Source: Girardia tigrina (lineage: Eukaryota). Taken from it: a stretch of DNA of 64,000 nt. Positions 24,442-36,749 of the stretch are shown here, in pieces. Location of the stretch: the NCBI GenBank assembly GCA_001938485.1, contig MQRK01190690.1, positions 1-64,000 on the forward strand. Reading direction: 5' to 3'. The stretch's first letter is position 1, and the number at the start of each line of letters is the position of its first letter. The notes under the pieces were generated by a model. That model was given only the letters and a program-made list of their open reading frames with translations, searched no databases and was not told the DNA's origin. Made by a program: the position numbers and the translations under genes.

Positions 24442-24850
24442 TTTAATGGGTGGACCACGTAAATAGTGTACTATAAGTACTCCAATCAGCCCAAAAATCA
24501 ACAAACAACAAATATGATATTTTAATAAAATTAATAACCCAGATGAGGAAAGCATTATGTCGCAACATACTAACTGTTATCTCTTTGACTTTCTGCCAGC
24601 ATACAACTAATGAAGGAAATATTTGCACTGTTAGCCCAAGACAGTGACCAAGTTCTCAATTAATTTATCTAAATTGTCCTCTTAAGGTGGCGGATAAGGT
24701 AAAAAGAACTTGACAAAAAGTTTTGATTGCAAACTGAAAATCACCTCCTTGTTTGACGTGATTTTGTTCAACCACTTTTGTAAACTGTTTTATTATTCAG
24801 GAACAGCCAGAGTGGAAATATTCTTAAATTTTCGTGATTTCGTCTAAGTA
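24442..24850 (+). pseudogene. Trypsin-like paralog (clearest copy), probably continuing 23125-23236 before the mariner
   Basis: STNNKYDILIKL...ILTVISL....NEGNICTVS..*PSSQLIYLNCPL versus trypsin TLNNDIMLIKL...VASISLP...GTQCLISGWG...L..L.AP. Confidence 0.75.
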
Positions 24851-25049
24851 TATCTATCATGTTCCCTTTTTACGATGAGTTGATGCAAACTAATTTGTTG
24901 TCAGAATCGAGACAGATAAGCTCTGTGATCCAAAGGATTTATGAGAATCAACATAAAGAATAAAAAAATATACCTGTTATAATATCGAGTGAGGAAAGTA
25001 TTAGAAGGATAAATACAATTTAGTTCTGTAAGGTCTCCTTTTATGCAGA

Positions 25050-25345
25050 ATATTTTTACGCGATTTTGAAGTTGTGTAGTTTGTATTTCACCGAAACATT
25101 TCTTGGACTAACGCACATTTAGATTTGTTTAGGAAGCCCGCGTATGGACAGTCGTCAACAGCCGTGGAGCACTCAAAGCTCACTCCATTTGTTCCACTGA
25201 CGTTTATGGATGTAAGGAACAACTAGATCAACCTTAATTCTTCACATCCAGATGTCAATGATTTCCTTATAGAGTGAGCTTTTACAATTCGGCGATTCCC
25301 CATGTACAGGACACTTACCATCGACAAGTCGCTTTAACATCATTC
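25050..25345 (-). pseudogene. Trypsin-like paralog
   Basis: DGKCPVHGES...LVVPYIHKRQW. Confidence 0.4.
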
Positions 25346-26039
25346 TGAGTTTCGAATTGAAATGTATAAACTGTAATTGAAATTAAATTTTATTTTAGCG
25401 GTGTTTTGTTCATTTTTATAATAAGTAGCGAGTTTATGTTTTGTTGATTTCAAGTTGCAGTAATAAGCAGCATATTTTGATTTCCGGTTTGAAGCGCTTT
25501 TAAAGTGAGTGTCGCAAAGTTTTATTTTTCAGTATGAAGCACCGATACCTTAAATAAACTTCTAAAATATTTATTATTTTAAAATCAACACTTTTATTTA
25601 AATTAAATCTTTTATTTTTCCCATGTTTCTGTTTAAATACAAGTTTATTTTAAGCTGTTATATGAATTTCTCTCAGGTATTCTAAGTAATTTACTAAGCA
25701 GCATATTTTTCTTAATTTCCACAAACTTTTTGTGGTTTTAAGTTAATTTTAACTCGTTTTGGTTTTATGTTATTTAAGAAAATTTTGACGGTAAAGGTAA
25801 GTAAAGTATTTTTAATGCAAATTTGTAAAGTGCGCTTTTCTGCATAACGTATTTACTACATAAAATGAGACCTTACAGTATAAATATAATCTTTGAAAAA
25901 ATATGTATAGGTTAAATGATTAAATTGTACCATTTAATGAACTGAATTATTAAATTGAAAGGAAATTTATGTCAGTGAATTAATATTTTATTAAAGGCAT
26001 AATTTTACAATAATAATAATGGGTCATATTCGTTAATTT

Positions 26040-26460
26040 AATCGCCATTTCTTTCGTTTATTATTCTCTGACGAGGCTATAGCAAACAAATCCGCGGTGG
26101 TGAAACTCTGGTATATTGGGTCGAAAAACGTTTGAAAGGCCAGTTTCACGTGTTCATCTTCAATGAGGCGGTGTAAGGGAAGGAAATGTTTCAGTGACCG
26201 GAAAAGATAATAGTCGCATGTGACACCATCTGGGCTATATTGTGAGTGCTTAAGAACATCTCAACCCAAATATTCAAGTTTTTGGAGTGTCCATCATGAA
26301 ACATGAGGTTTAGAGTTTTATTGTTGAAAATTAATACGAGACGTGTTGATACCGTTGGAAGAATATATTGATTTGTTTGTCGTTTTATATCGTGCATGTT
26401 GCATGTTGATTCGGATTATGCCTCTCCTACACAGATGGCTGATTGGTATTTTCTTTGATT
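26040..26460 (-). pseudogene. Trypsin-like paralog, C-terminal part
   Basis: SESTCN...TIIFSG...TQYTRVSP (cf. GVYTRVS) in one frame with stops. Confidence 0.6.
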
Positions 26461-26819
26461 CCACTAATTAAAAATAATTAAATTTAATTTTAAAGTAAAA
26501 AGATTTAATATATTTTTCAAATGTTATTTTTAAATATAATATTTAATTTTTTAATGTAATTTAAAATTTTAATATTTAATATGGAAAAATGTATAGATCT
26601 AATTCTTTGATAATTAATTAATATTATAATAATTTTCCATTTGTTTGTACAAGAACTAGGATGGCAGAAAAAATATTAATTAAGAAAAAATGTCAAAAAG
26701 CGAAAGTAGTTTTAATAATCATTGAAATGACAATTCTGCTTGTGATAGTAATAAATGTTCGAAAAATCATGTAGATGCTGTTAATAACGACGAACAAGCA
26801 AAGCGCTCACAGCATGGTC

Positions 26820-27477
26820 TAATTTAGTTCAGTAAACTTCATAGATGATGGTCTGACTGGGCGAAACGAGTTATTAAGGAACAAGTCTGATGCCATCAAT
26901 CAAACGCACAACATCAGTGTTTTTTAATGCAGATCACTTCGATGCGTCCGTTTCCCAAGTTGACCTGGAATCCGCCATTGTTTTGATGCTTTTCTGATTA
27001 TTTCAGACCACTCCCATTTCACCGCACATCAAAATCCGTTGTGATCCACCACGGTTAATTTTGTATAATGGTCTAGAACAGTCATTAATTCACTGATTTT
27101 GTTGCATTTCGTTGAGTTCGTGTGAGATCTCTTGACCACGTTTATTTCTCTTGTTCATTTTCTGAAGATTCAGAATAATGGTTGTATAGGAAATTTGTTT
27201 TTCAGTGGCCAGTTCACGTGTTGTTTGGGTATGATCCGCTTCAATAAAACGGCATATCTCACGTTTATCAATGGTTGAATGGTGTATGAAGCGCTTTTTG
27301 TCTTTAAGATACATATTGCCGGATTGTAATTTTGCATAATCTCAGAAAAAATATTCTTTCAACCGTGGAATCTCAGCTGTTGCTAGAAAAACTGTTTTTA
27401 AACGATTCGGCTGCTGATCGACCAGGATTAAAATCGTGGAAAATCAAGTTGCGGATTTCTTTACGCTTTTTTGACAT
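26820..27477 (-). mobile_element. Mariner transposase remnant (internally deleted)
   Basis: MSKKRKEIRNLIFHDF..G.SAAES, QTTRELATE..ISYTTI..L, ISHELNE.Q, SDHHL. Confidence 0.8.
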
Positions 27478-27864
27478 TTTAACTTGTTCCTAAAATCAAT
27501 AAATATCAAAATGTTTCTAAGAATATTTTATATCTAAAATCCATAGAAGACAAAATTAAATTGACAGTTTTTAAATAACTGACAAAAACTTCGTCTAAAC
27601 TTAATATATAATATTTTTCTATTATACGAACAACTAGCACGCACCGATATACGGAATACAGCTTACAGTTTTCTCTCAAAAATTTAGATGTATAATTCAA
27701 ATAAATATATTTTTTTAAGAATTTGTTTCTATTCAAATAATGCGTCTGTAGGTTAGTTTACCTGTCTTTCGTGAAATCGTTCATCGGTTGCTTTCATTAT
27801 ATTCATTGACTACTAAATGACTACTTCCTTCATTGACTACTAAATGACAGAAATGAATAAAATG

Positions 27865-28560
27865 CATCAAGAATTAATGGTGAAAGTTCTAGGAAATTTG
27901 AACTGGAAAGAAGCAGTCGTGTATTTGGATGATATTTTGATTTTTGTAAAAGATAGAGAAGAACATCTTCAAAGAATACATAACGTATTTGAGAAAATTA
28001 AAGAATCCGATTTGAGAATAAATCCAGATAAATGTCAATTTCTGGTAGAAAAAACTACATTTTTAGTATACGTCATAAGTAAGGAAGTTATTGAGACAGA
28101 TAAAACAAAGATTGATGCGATTAGAAAATTTCAAAAACCGTCATTTAAAAAGCTTTTTGGGTTTGACGAACTACAACAGGAAATTCATAGAGGATTAAAA
28201 GTTTTGGAAGGCTTATGTGGTAAGAGCAAAGGTAAGAAACTGATTTGGACGCAAGAAAGTGATGAAGCTTTTCAAAAATTAAAAGGCAGAATGATTAAGA
28301 CACCAATTTTGGCATATCCTGATTTTTCCAAATACTTCATACTCGATACAAATGCAAGTTTTGATACAATAGGAGCGGTGCTATCACAGAAAGACATGTG
28401 TGAAAGAGAAAGAGTAATTGCATATGGTTCCCATAAAATGAATAAACATGAACTGTTTGAAATTTATTTTTTTATGCAACATTTTAAACAATTCTTGTAT
28501 GGGATGACTAAAAAGACCATGTTATACCACAGTTTCAAACATGGATACATTTTCTGGATA
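27865..28560 (+). mobile_element. pol: Ty3/gypsy pol fragment (RT-RNase H)
   Basis: VVYLDDILIF, LRINPDKCQF, TPILAYPDF, FILDT.ASFDTIGAVLSQ; same family as 49746-51420. Confidence 0.92.
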
Positions 28561-28759
28561 AACACCAAATATGCATAAATATAAATTATCTGGTCACAAT
28601 AATATCAAATAAAACATTTAATTAATACAGTTCAAGATATGATAATATAAAATATTAATGGATCCAATTCTTAAAAACATATTAATAATTATAATAAAAT
28701 TGAATAATTCTAAAAAGATTAAAAAAATTAAAATATGTTAACTTCATAATTGCATCTAA

Positions 28760-29190
28760 AAGCAAGAACGTGCGTTGTAAGGATGCTTTGGGCCGCATAT
28801 GATGCTTGTCACGACTAAAGACATTAGCTACTTCGGTAGGCCTGAGCGTAGTAATGAGGGTCTTTTCCGATCTGGAATCATACCTCCTTACTTCTTCAAG
28901 CTAATCGAGTGTTCCTAGAAAGTGTATTTCCGTAGCGGATATAAATTAATGCATTCAGTTACATTATGAATTATGTTCTGATGTAAAGGGCGTTTTCAAT
29001 ATCTAATTTCTTAGGTTTCATTACTATAGAATAATGTACATATTACATTAATTAAAAACATTTGTTAATTTTCTATTGTCCTAAATTATTCTAAATAATC
29101 TTATTTAAAAGTACGATAGGGCAGTGAATGTGAGACATGATAATGAAGACAAGTTGATTAATTTAAACGGTTCCGCATTTGGGCCTTTTG
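28760..29190 (-). pseudogene. Trypsin-like paralog
   Basis: YIRYGNTLSR (cf. ISGWGNTLS), with upstream PIVLL. Confidence 0.45.
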
Positions 29191-29654
29191 TCTTTTGTCA
29201 TTTACTATAAAATATATTTCAAATTAGAATACTCAATTAAAGATTTAAATAAAAAAATATTAAGGAAAATAATTCTGAAGGATCTGTAAGTACTTGATAT
29301 AATATTTAAGGCAGGTCATTATTATTGTTTGGAATTAATAGTAAACGGAAATATTTTTAAATAGGCAATCGAAATTAAGTTAAATTAGTTAATTAAATAT
29401 AATTTTATAAAATACCGGTTTAACAAAAAAAAATAAAACTTTAGTAATTTAGTTCCTCAAATTTTTGAAGAAATAATTAAATAAATAGAATATAAGTTAA
29501 ATGTTAATTAAATAAGAAATTGGCAGAATTTTTCCGGGAATTGAAAATCAGAGTGGAAATTTGAATTATTAGAAGATCAAGGCAATCAATCAATCATTCC
29601 AAATATTTTTCAATATCCGATAATTAAGTGTCATTAATAAATATAATTTAGTTA

Positions 29655-29775
29655 TGGATATTTGTTCTTCTCCGAGTGGTGTTCCCACAGATTCTAACAA
29701 TTATCAATAATTTGGTCGACTAAAGAATGACTACTTTGGTCGACCCTTCTTCCTCTCACAGGTTACGAATATTTT
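29655..29775 (+). pseudogene. Trypsin-like fragment
   Basis: MDICSS...DYFGRPFF, matching SLSRPFF at about 45430. Confidence 0.35.
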
Positions 29776-29974
29776 AATAGTTCTAATATGGCAATATAAA
29801 AATATTACAGTTTGTATTATGAAGGATCTCTGATATTTAATATAAAATTAAATATTTTTTTATGAAAATGTTGATATACATTTCGATAGATATCTTTTAT
29901 TCAATGTAAATGTTTAATACTTTTACAAGCACTTCTTCACTAATTTTAGCTTAAAGTTATCGAAACAAGTAAAA

Positions 29975-30470
29975 CATGGTGTTAGTGACGGAGTGTGCGT
30001 AGTTACGCGGCTGCGCTCTGTGGAGCTAGTTGCGGGTCTCTGGGTTGAGAAAATCTATTCTCAAAGTGATTGATGTTGAAATTAAAAAGGAACTTAAACA
30101 ACCACATCACAACTGCCGAACGAGTTTCTGATGTCATTAGACATATTTCATATTGAAATCGGAAAGGCTGTATTAAAATGCATCGACCATTTGATAAATG
30201 TACTTCAACTCATCATTGACATTTTTATAACGATCGATATATTGAAGAGTCAGATCACTTGAATTTCTAATAATTCATTTATGGTTAACATATGTTTCTT
30301 TAAAATTTGAATATTTTTCTGTTTTATCTCGTTGATAAAAAGCGGTTAAAGTTATACGCAATGAAATTCATAATACACAACGAATTAGTGTTTTTATTGT
30401 GACGATTCATCATCGACTCATTCAGTAAATTATCCGACAACAATTAACTTTTGCTTTTAAGTCCAAAAAG
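29975..30470 (-). pseudogene. Trypsin-like paralog
   Basis: IYQMVDAF*YSLSD, SETRSAVV after a frameshift, HRAQP; a related IYQMVD stub lies at 30820-30868. Confidence 0.45.
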
Positions 30471-30870
30471 CATCACAAATTTGAATACTCTAACAAAGCT
30501 TTTTTGACAATAGTTTTATTTGATTTAATATTTTTTCACAACAAATTTTACAAGTCACGTTCACACAAAATATCTTTACTCTCAACAATTTCACATAAAA
30601 TTCTCGCCACAAAATTTCACGTACAACATTATTTCGAATTTCCATAATAATCAAAATTCAAAAAAAATTGTTTCCATAACTTAATTTACATAATTTATTT
30701 TATTAAAACAAACTCAAGGTCATTTTAATGTTTTTAAAAATCAATTCATTTATTTTAATTAACTTTTAAATAAAGTCCATTTTTGAATAATATCAAAATT
30801 TCTAATGATGCTTGACAGACAAGTTTATAAAAAGAGGCATATTCAAAATCGACCATTTGATAAATGGATT

Positions 30871-31124
30871 ATGCCAAATATAACGAGCTCGTCAAGACGA
30901 AGCAGAGCGGAGCTGAGTTAATCGGAAGTTGGAACACGGAGATCGGGGAACAGGACACGACGTATCATCTGTGGCAGTTTCAAGACTTTCCAGGGCTGGA
31001 TAAATACTACCGTCTCTATAGAACTGATACGGATTTCGAAGAATTTCGTGAGAAAAGAAATGAAATGTTGCGTTTTCGTAAAAATCAAATCCTTTTACCA
31101 TTCAGTTATTGGCCCGAAAAGCTT
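30871..31124 (+). pseudogene. NIPSNAP: NIPSNAP family exon-sized fragment (open frame, no splice acceptor)
   Basis: ELIGSWNTEIGEQDTTYHLWQF...FEEFREKRNEMLRFRKNQILLPFSYW matches NIPSNAP1/2 LVGTWNT.YGEQDQAVHLW...RKNQLLLEFSFW. Confidence 0.88.
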
Positions 31125-31137
31125 TAACTTTTATTTC

Positions 31138-31224
31138 CCCCGATCTCCGTGGTCCAACTTCCGATTAACTCAGCTCCGCTCTGCTTCGTCTTGACGAGCT
31201 CGTTATATTTGGCATCTGAAAGTA
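31138..31224 (-). repeat. Inverted duplicate of the NIPSNAP exon 5' end plus upstream splice acceptor
   Basis: 78-bp inverted copy of 30871-30948 (1 mismatch), preceded on the minus strand by TACTTTCAG. Confidence 0.95.
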
Positions 31225-31264
31225 TTTCGTTCAGAATTTCTCCAAATTAGATTTTAACCCTTAA

Positions 31265-31534
31265 ATGCATGATTTTTCCTTTTTAAATACAATAAATGTA
31301 TTTCAAAGTGTTGCGCCAAGCTGTCAAATTTTGACAGTTAAAAAAGTGAACTGCCATATCATGAAAGTTTGCGTTCAAAAACTAAGATATATATTTTTAG
31401 CACCTACTAAAAGTAAAAAAAATTCTGTGTTTGAATTACCGTTTAGAAATTATGTAAGGAAGAAAACATTTATGTACATAGACATCATCATACATTTAAG
31501 GATTAAAATCGTAAATCGTTTAAAGAGTCGATAG
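31265..31534 (+). pseudogene. Trypsin-like paralog, open 89-aa frame
   Basis: QILTVKKVNC...IFLAPTK...FELPFRNYV...IDIIIHLRI. Confidence 0.5.
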
Positions 31535-32094
31535 TAAATCTTGGCTTTTATCTTCTACTTGTATTTCGTTTCCACTTTGGTCGTATGTTCTTTCTAAGAT
31601 TTATCGATACCGCTTGAACTCTATATATATTCAATTTTAGAATCCAGACTTGTTCTTGATCAACTTTTTCTTGCTTCTTTTTCTGTATTTCCGTTTTTGA
31701 TGCGTCGTACTTCCTCTTTCTTTTTGGGGTAATAAATAGTGATTATTCAAATCTACAAATTTGACAGTTGTTTGATAATTTGAATGTCATCATCATCTAA
31801 ATATGTTTCCCGTTCTTGAAAGAGGTATTTAGTCATTTAATTTTTCACCAATCGAACCTAGAAGATTCCCCTCTAGATCAAATAAAACACATGGTTTGAA
31901 GATAAAATTGTAAGTTGGTCGATCTTACGTTAAAAATCATCTAAGTTCGACTGCAGACTCTTTCTCTCAGAAGGTGAAAATATAACGGAAGCTCTACTGG
32001 GTAAAATATATGTGGTGATTTAGTAAATCAAATTTAATAATTAATGGAAAAATAATTTTTTCATGTATTTAATAAAAATAAATTTCTTAATAGA

Positions 32095-32600
32095 AAAAAA
32101 ATTATTGCGCACGTGAAGTTAAAATTTCAGATAAAAATATTCCTGAATTTTGAATAAAAATAGTAGGAAATTAAAATTAATAAAATTGCAATTTGAACAA
32201 GGACAATTGAAAATTTGTTTTAACAAACTAAACAATTGTAAATACACACATAAAATTTGTAAATCTGGCTATCGACATTTTCATTCAATCGAAATAAAAC
32301 GTTTTTTTTCTGTAGAATTCTCGTTGATAATGATGATTTGATTGCCGTTACTGTAATTCGTCAAACTCGTAACATTATGATTGATACACGTATGTATTTG
32401 GTCAACGACCAGAAATTTTCTCAATATGATACGCGAGGGCAAAATGGCGGTCCCATTGTCCTTGATGCAATGCCATCCAGATCGGGTATTTTAATTTTTG
32501 ACGAAGTCAATTGTCTCCAGCATTTTAACTAGAGGAAACATCGCGGCTCCGGACGTGAGCCCTCGTATTGCGTTCAGCCTCCTCCCAGCAGCAACATTAT
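32095..32600 (+). pseudogene. Trypsin-like paralog (pair with 55390-55845)
   Basis: IAHVKLKFQI exon, acceptor TTCTGTAG, then IDTRMY...GQNGGPIV in exact register with trypsin ITSNMF...GDSGGPVV; one TAG in the last exon. Confidence 0.7.
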
Positions 32601-33589
32601 AGTATACAACATTTTAACGGGAATGAAGAAATCGTATCCAAAGAACTCAAGATTGGAGAGTAGAGATTGTAATGTATGAATATTTATGTTTGGTTGTTTT
32701 GAAGTTTTCCATGCAAGAAGGACATTGTAATGATAATAACCAAGTTTCAAATAAAAAATAAAATTATTTGAAAGTATTACAAATAATTAAAGAAAATTTG
32801 AATAAAACATGTAATAAATCAGAAAAATTATTTCTAATTAGTATAAAAAAAGCAAAAAATCTTATTTATTTTAATTAAAATTTCATTTAAATAAACTCAA
32901 AATTTAATTAATCAACTTTAATAAGAGAAATTAAAAATATATTAAAAAAGCAAGTCTAAAGGATTCATTTTTTATTAAATGAAATATAATTAAAGAAATA
33001 TAAAAAATTATTTTGATGTTTTAATTAAAAAAGATTTTGATCACTTTAAAATATAAAAATTTTTATTATAATAATTTTCATATTTTATTTCTATTAATTT
33101 TTTTAAAAAACGAGAAATTGAATTTCTCGAGAAACATAAAATTATATTTTTTATAAATTATAATTAATTTATTAAGTGAAATAATTATTTTTGAAATAAT
33201 TATTATTTTAATGACAAAAACAATAATTAAAATCATTTTATCTTACATAATTTAATTAGGGAAGAAAAAATATTATTTATAAATGTTCTTTATTAATTAT
33301 ATAAAATTTTAATTCGTAAAAAATAAAATTAAATTATAATATTATGACAAATAAATTAATGAAATTAAATTAATGACAATTTAAAATATTTTAATTATTA
33401 CTATAAATTATTTTTTTTATTTTTTATTAATTAATCAATAAATTCTAATTAAATTATTAATAAAATGATACCGTTTTATTTATTTATTTAAATTAATGAA
33501 AAAAACAATATTTTTGAATCTTCATTACTACCAAATGATATTTATAATTTGTTTAAATAATTAAGAGAGAATTTATTAAAACAAAATAA

Positions 33590-33720
33590 GTCTTCTGAGT
33601 TTTGCGGGAAACAATATTCCACCAAGTTGTTTGAGCATTTGTGCAAATATCCCGAGAGACTCTCGCTCTTGTGGGCGACCCCTCCGATCCTCCTTCGCAT
33701 TTACCGAAACGTAATTCTCG
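33590..33720 (+). pseudogene. Trypsin-like fragment
   Basis: IPPSCLSICANIPRDSRSCGRPL. Confidence 0.5.
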
Positions 33721-33899
33721 TTTAAAGTTCAAATATTTTTGTGTAAATATTGTTTTAGTGTGACTTAATCAAATAATAAAAATTGTTTCTGATTTAAAAT
33801 ATTTTCCATGTTTCAATCATTAAAATGTATTAAATCTAAAATGTTACAAATGAAATGTTGAAAGAAAGGAAATTGTTTGATGTTTTGAGTAAATAATCA

Positions 33900-34025
33900 A
33901 TTGCGATTGTTTGAAGACAGAATTTTACAGTAAATTCCAAACAGAACGACGCCGAAGCGCAGACAAAGTACTTTATATAAAAATATTAAAGGAGAGTCAG
34001 GAGTTGGCCCAGTTCTCAACCTGGC
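33900..34025 (+). pseudogene. Trypsin-like fragment retaining Ser195 motif
   Basis: IPNR...KGESGVGPVL with G-E-S-G at positions 20-23 from the conserved Ile. Confidence 0.45.
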
Positions 34026-34290
34026 ACAGGGTGCGTTCAATGAGCACCCGACCTAAAGTGAAAAATGTAATAACAAAATTTTAGTTTTTTTATTTGATTA
34101 AATAAATTAATATAGATTATAATTTCAGTAATTGCCTTATTTGATCAAATGCATTAAAATTTTTATACTGACATTTGGAATTTTCACCAATACAATGACT
34201 TCAGACATCGAATATTGCAGCTTTATCAAGTTCTTTGTGTTGCAGAAGAGGACGTGCAGTGAAATCTACAATTTTGCAGTTTCCTACATG
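34026..34290 (+). mobile_element. Mariner 5' remnant
   Basis: TIR-like CAGGGTGCGTTCAA and MTSDIEYCSFIKFFVLQKRTCSEIY. Confidence 0.5.
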
Positions 34291-34769
34291 ACTCCCCATC
34301 TGTCATAACTGTTAAATATTTTGTCAGAGATTTTAAAGGTGGTTGTTTGATCCACCCGGGGGATGGTGAATTGAAGAAAATTCTTAAGAACCATAAAACG
34401 AAAATTTCGAAGTATTAATCTATGATCAGCGAAATATTCCAAATGAAAAAGAAGAATTAACAGAGAAATCATCAGTTTTCGAGAATCAATTATCAACTTT
34501 CGAAGAAATAAAATCAAATCTGTGGGAGGATTATTGCCGCTTTGACCTAGCTTGAACTGATAAATGAAAATTATCCTTTGACATTTTGAGATTTTCCTGC
34601 AAAAAGTATGACAAAATTTACATTTTTGAAAAGACAAAATGTCAACTTTTATGGCAAAAAAATGTATTTTAAAATATTAAATAAAAACCAATTATTAATT
34701 GAATATTTTATTTAGAAAAATTGAAAAAAAAGTCCACTTATCAACGGGTACAAAACCTAATAATTGTTG

Positions 34770-36010
34770 TATCGAACGTTTGTTGAGAGACCATTGATCA
34801 CAGTAATGACTGATAATTTTGTTTGACACCAAGAAGAGATCAGTGGCCTATCCGAACATTCTATCTACAACCTGACCTGTCCCTCACAGTCAAGACCTAC
34901 GTTTTCCAAAGACTCCAGCATTCTCGAAAATAAGCAGTACTGATGAAAATGAAGAGCATTTTGATTCTAGTGAAAATTTATTTGTTTCTAGTTTCTCTGA
35001 AAATGACAAGAAGAAACTCACACAAAAAATTAAATGACTTTGTCCGATATCTTGACCTGCGGAAAGTGATCTGAACTTCTGGGTTCAGGCTTTCAGGGTG
35101 GGAGGCTAATTGATTCAAAGGTCAGGATTTATGTGTAAAAAAGACAAAGTCACAAAAAAGAAAGTCACAATCGATTGAATTTTTAATCTTGATTATCATT
35201 GTGATTTTCGATTTTACAATTATGTATGCGCCCTGATGTCTAAGATGGAAATTATGTATCTTCCGGAAGAATGGAAACGAGAGGAAGTCGATTCGTATTG
35301 CCAATGTCATTTCGTATGAAAGTGTTTCAAGAAACTATGCAAACACTGTTGCAATGCATTAAGTATCGAGATCTGATGTGAAAATATGTTGTCATCTTAA
35401 GGTGATAACCCTTTTGTTGGGTATGCAACTTGGCTGTAAAAGGTTTTTGTGCTTCTTAAAAAAAGAAAGACTAAAGACTGACTAAAAAGAAGCACTATGC
35501 TGTGAAGCACTGGCTGAATAGAAATAATTTAAAGCCTGGAATAAAAAACGTGGAACATTTGACATTAGTTAACCCAGAAGACATTCGGCTTCCTTCGCTT
35601 CATATAAAGTTGAGGTTCTTCTTGAATGTTGTGAAATTCTGGTATGGATGAAAAAAAGCATTTCTGAATCTAATGAATGTCTTTCCTTCTTTGAGTGAAG
35701 CCATAAAGAAGGAAGAAAATTTTGTCAGCAATGAGCATTTCACAAATGTGATTAAAGATTACGGAAAAGATACAAGATTGTCTTTTCAGAATGTTGTCAG
35801 CAACCTTTCGGTAACAACAAAGCATAAAGCAACAAGCATCATGCAATGAAAATGAAAATGTCTTTAAAAATTCATTTCTTAGATTCACTTTTGTATTTCC
35901 TTCCAAATAACATAAGGGCGGCCAGCGATGAGAACGGAGAAAGATTCCATCAGGATATATCCGTGATGTAGAAGAGAGAGGAAAGAAAATGTAGCCCCCC
36001 AATGCTTTTA
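34770..36010 (+). mobile_element. Sola-like DNA transposon transposase pseudogene
   Basis: Ordered motifs PVPHS, LNDFVR.LDL, ICCHLKVITLLLGMQLG, LPSLHIKL, AASDENGERFHQDI. The assignment to Sola1 is from memory of these motifs. Confidence 0.7.
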
Positions 36011-36159
36011 TACCCTACTGATCAACTGCGCGAGATAAACCCAATGAACAGTACAAGAAAAGAATTTGTAGCTTAGATCCAACAATGTTTAAACACGAAA
36101 TATGTGTACTTTCTACCTACTAATGCTTACTGTCAGTATGTAGGGTGTATTTAAAAAAT

Positions 36160-36609
36160 TGTTAGAAACTATTAAGAAGACCAATTTGACTTTTCATATT
36201 TTTATTTACTCAAAAATTTTGATTGTCCTTAAGACAATCTTTGTCAAAGCTTTCGTACGAGTGCATTTTAATTAAATTGATTAACGACTTTAATCTTATT
36301 ATTTTCAGCATAAGTTGATATCAATAATTTGTTAAAATATTTACTCAAAATTTATTGAATAAAAATTAAAATGATTATTAATTATTTAAAAAATATTAAT
36401 TTGATTTATTTATAAAAATTGTTAATAAAATTAATTAACTTATTTAAAATTTTATAATTATTCCATATTAGAAATAAATTGAAACATTACATATTTTCAG
36501 ATAATAAGAATTAAAATATTAATCATCCATCTGGGTAGGAGAGACACATTTCCAAATCAACACACAACATGCAAACACAAAACATCAGACATTCGAAATA
36601 TTCCTCACA
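36160..36609 (-). repeat. Solo-LTR-like repeat family, copy e (full length, TG...CA)
   Basis: TGTGAGGAATATT...GATTGTC-TTAAG-GACAATC...AATAAA...TTCTAACA, about 450 bp; no TSD recognised. Confidence 0.85.
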
Positions 36610-36749
36610 GAAACAAAGACTTTTTATTGTTTTTTTGTGATCAGTGGTTTCGATTTAATTTTAAACAGTTTATTTTAACTAAGAAGTCAACAAAAGTTTT
36701 AAATTTATTTTACATTGTAATCGATAAAAATTTATTTACCTAAAATATT

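Noticed and set aside
26062-26090. CTGACGAGGCTATAGCAAAC hammerhead-like core
   Set aside because: Lacks GAAA and helix I, and overlaps the end of a trypsin-like frame on the other strand.
32440-32475. GPIVLDA resembles SDHB GPMVLDAL
   Set aside because: The following Fe-S motif (RRSCREGICGSC) is absent, and the register fits the trypsin GDSGGP region better.
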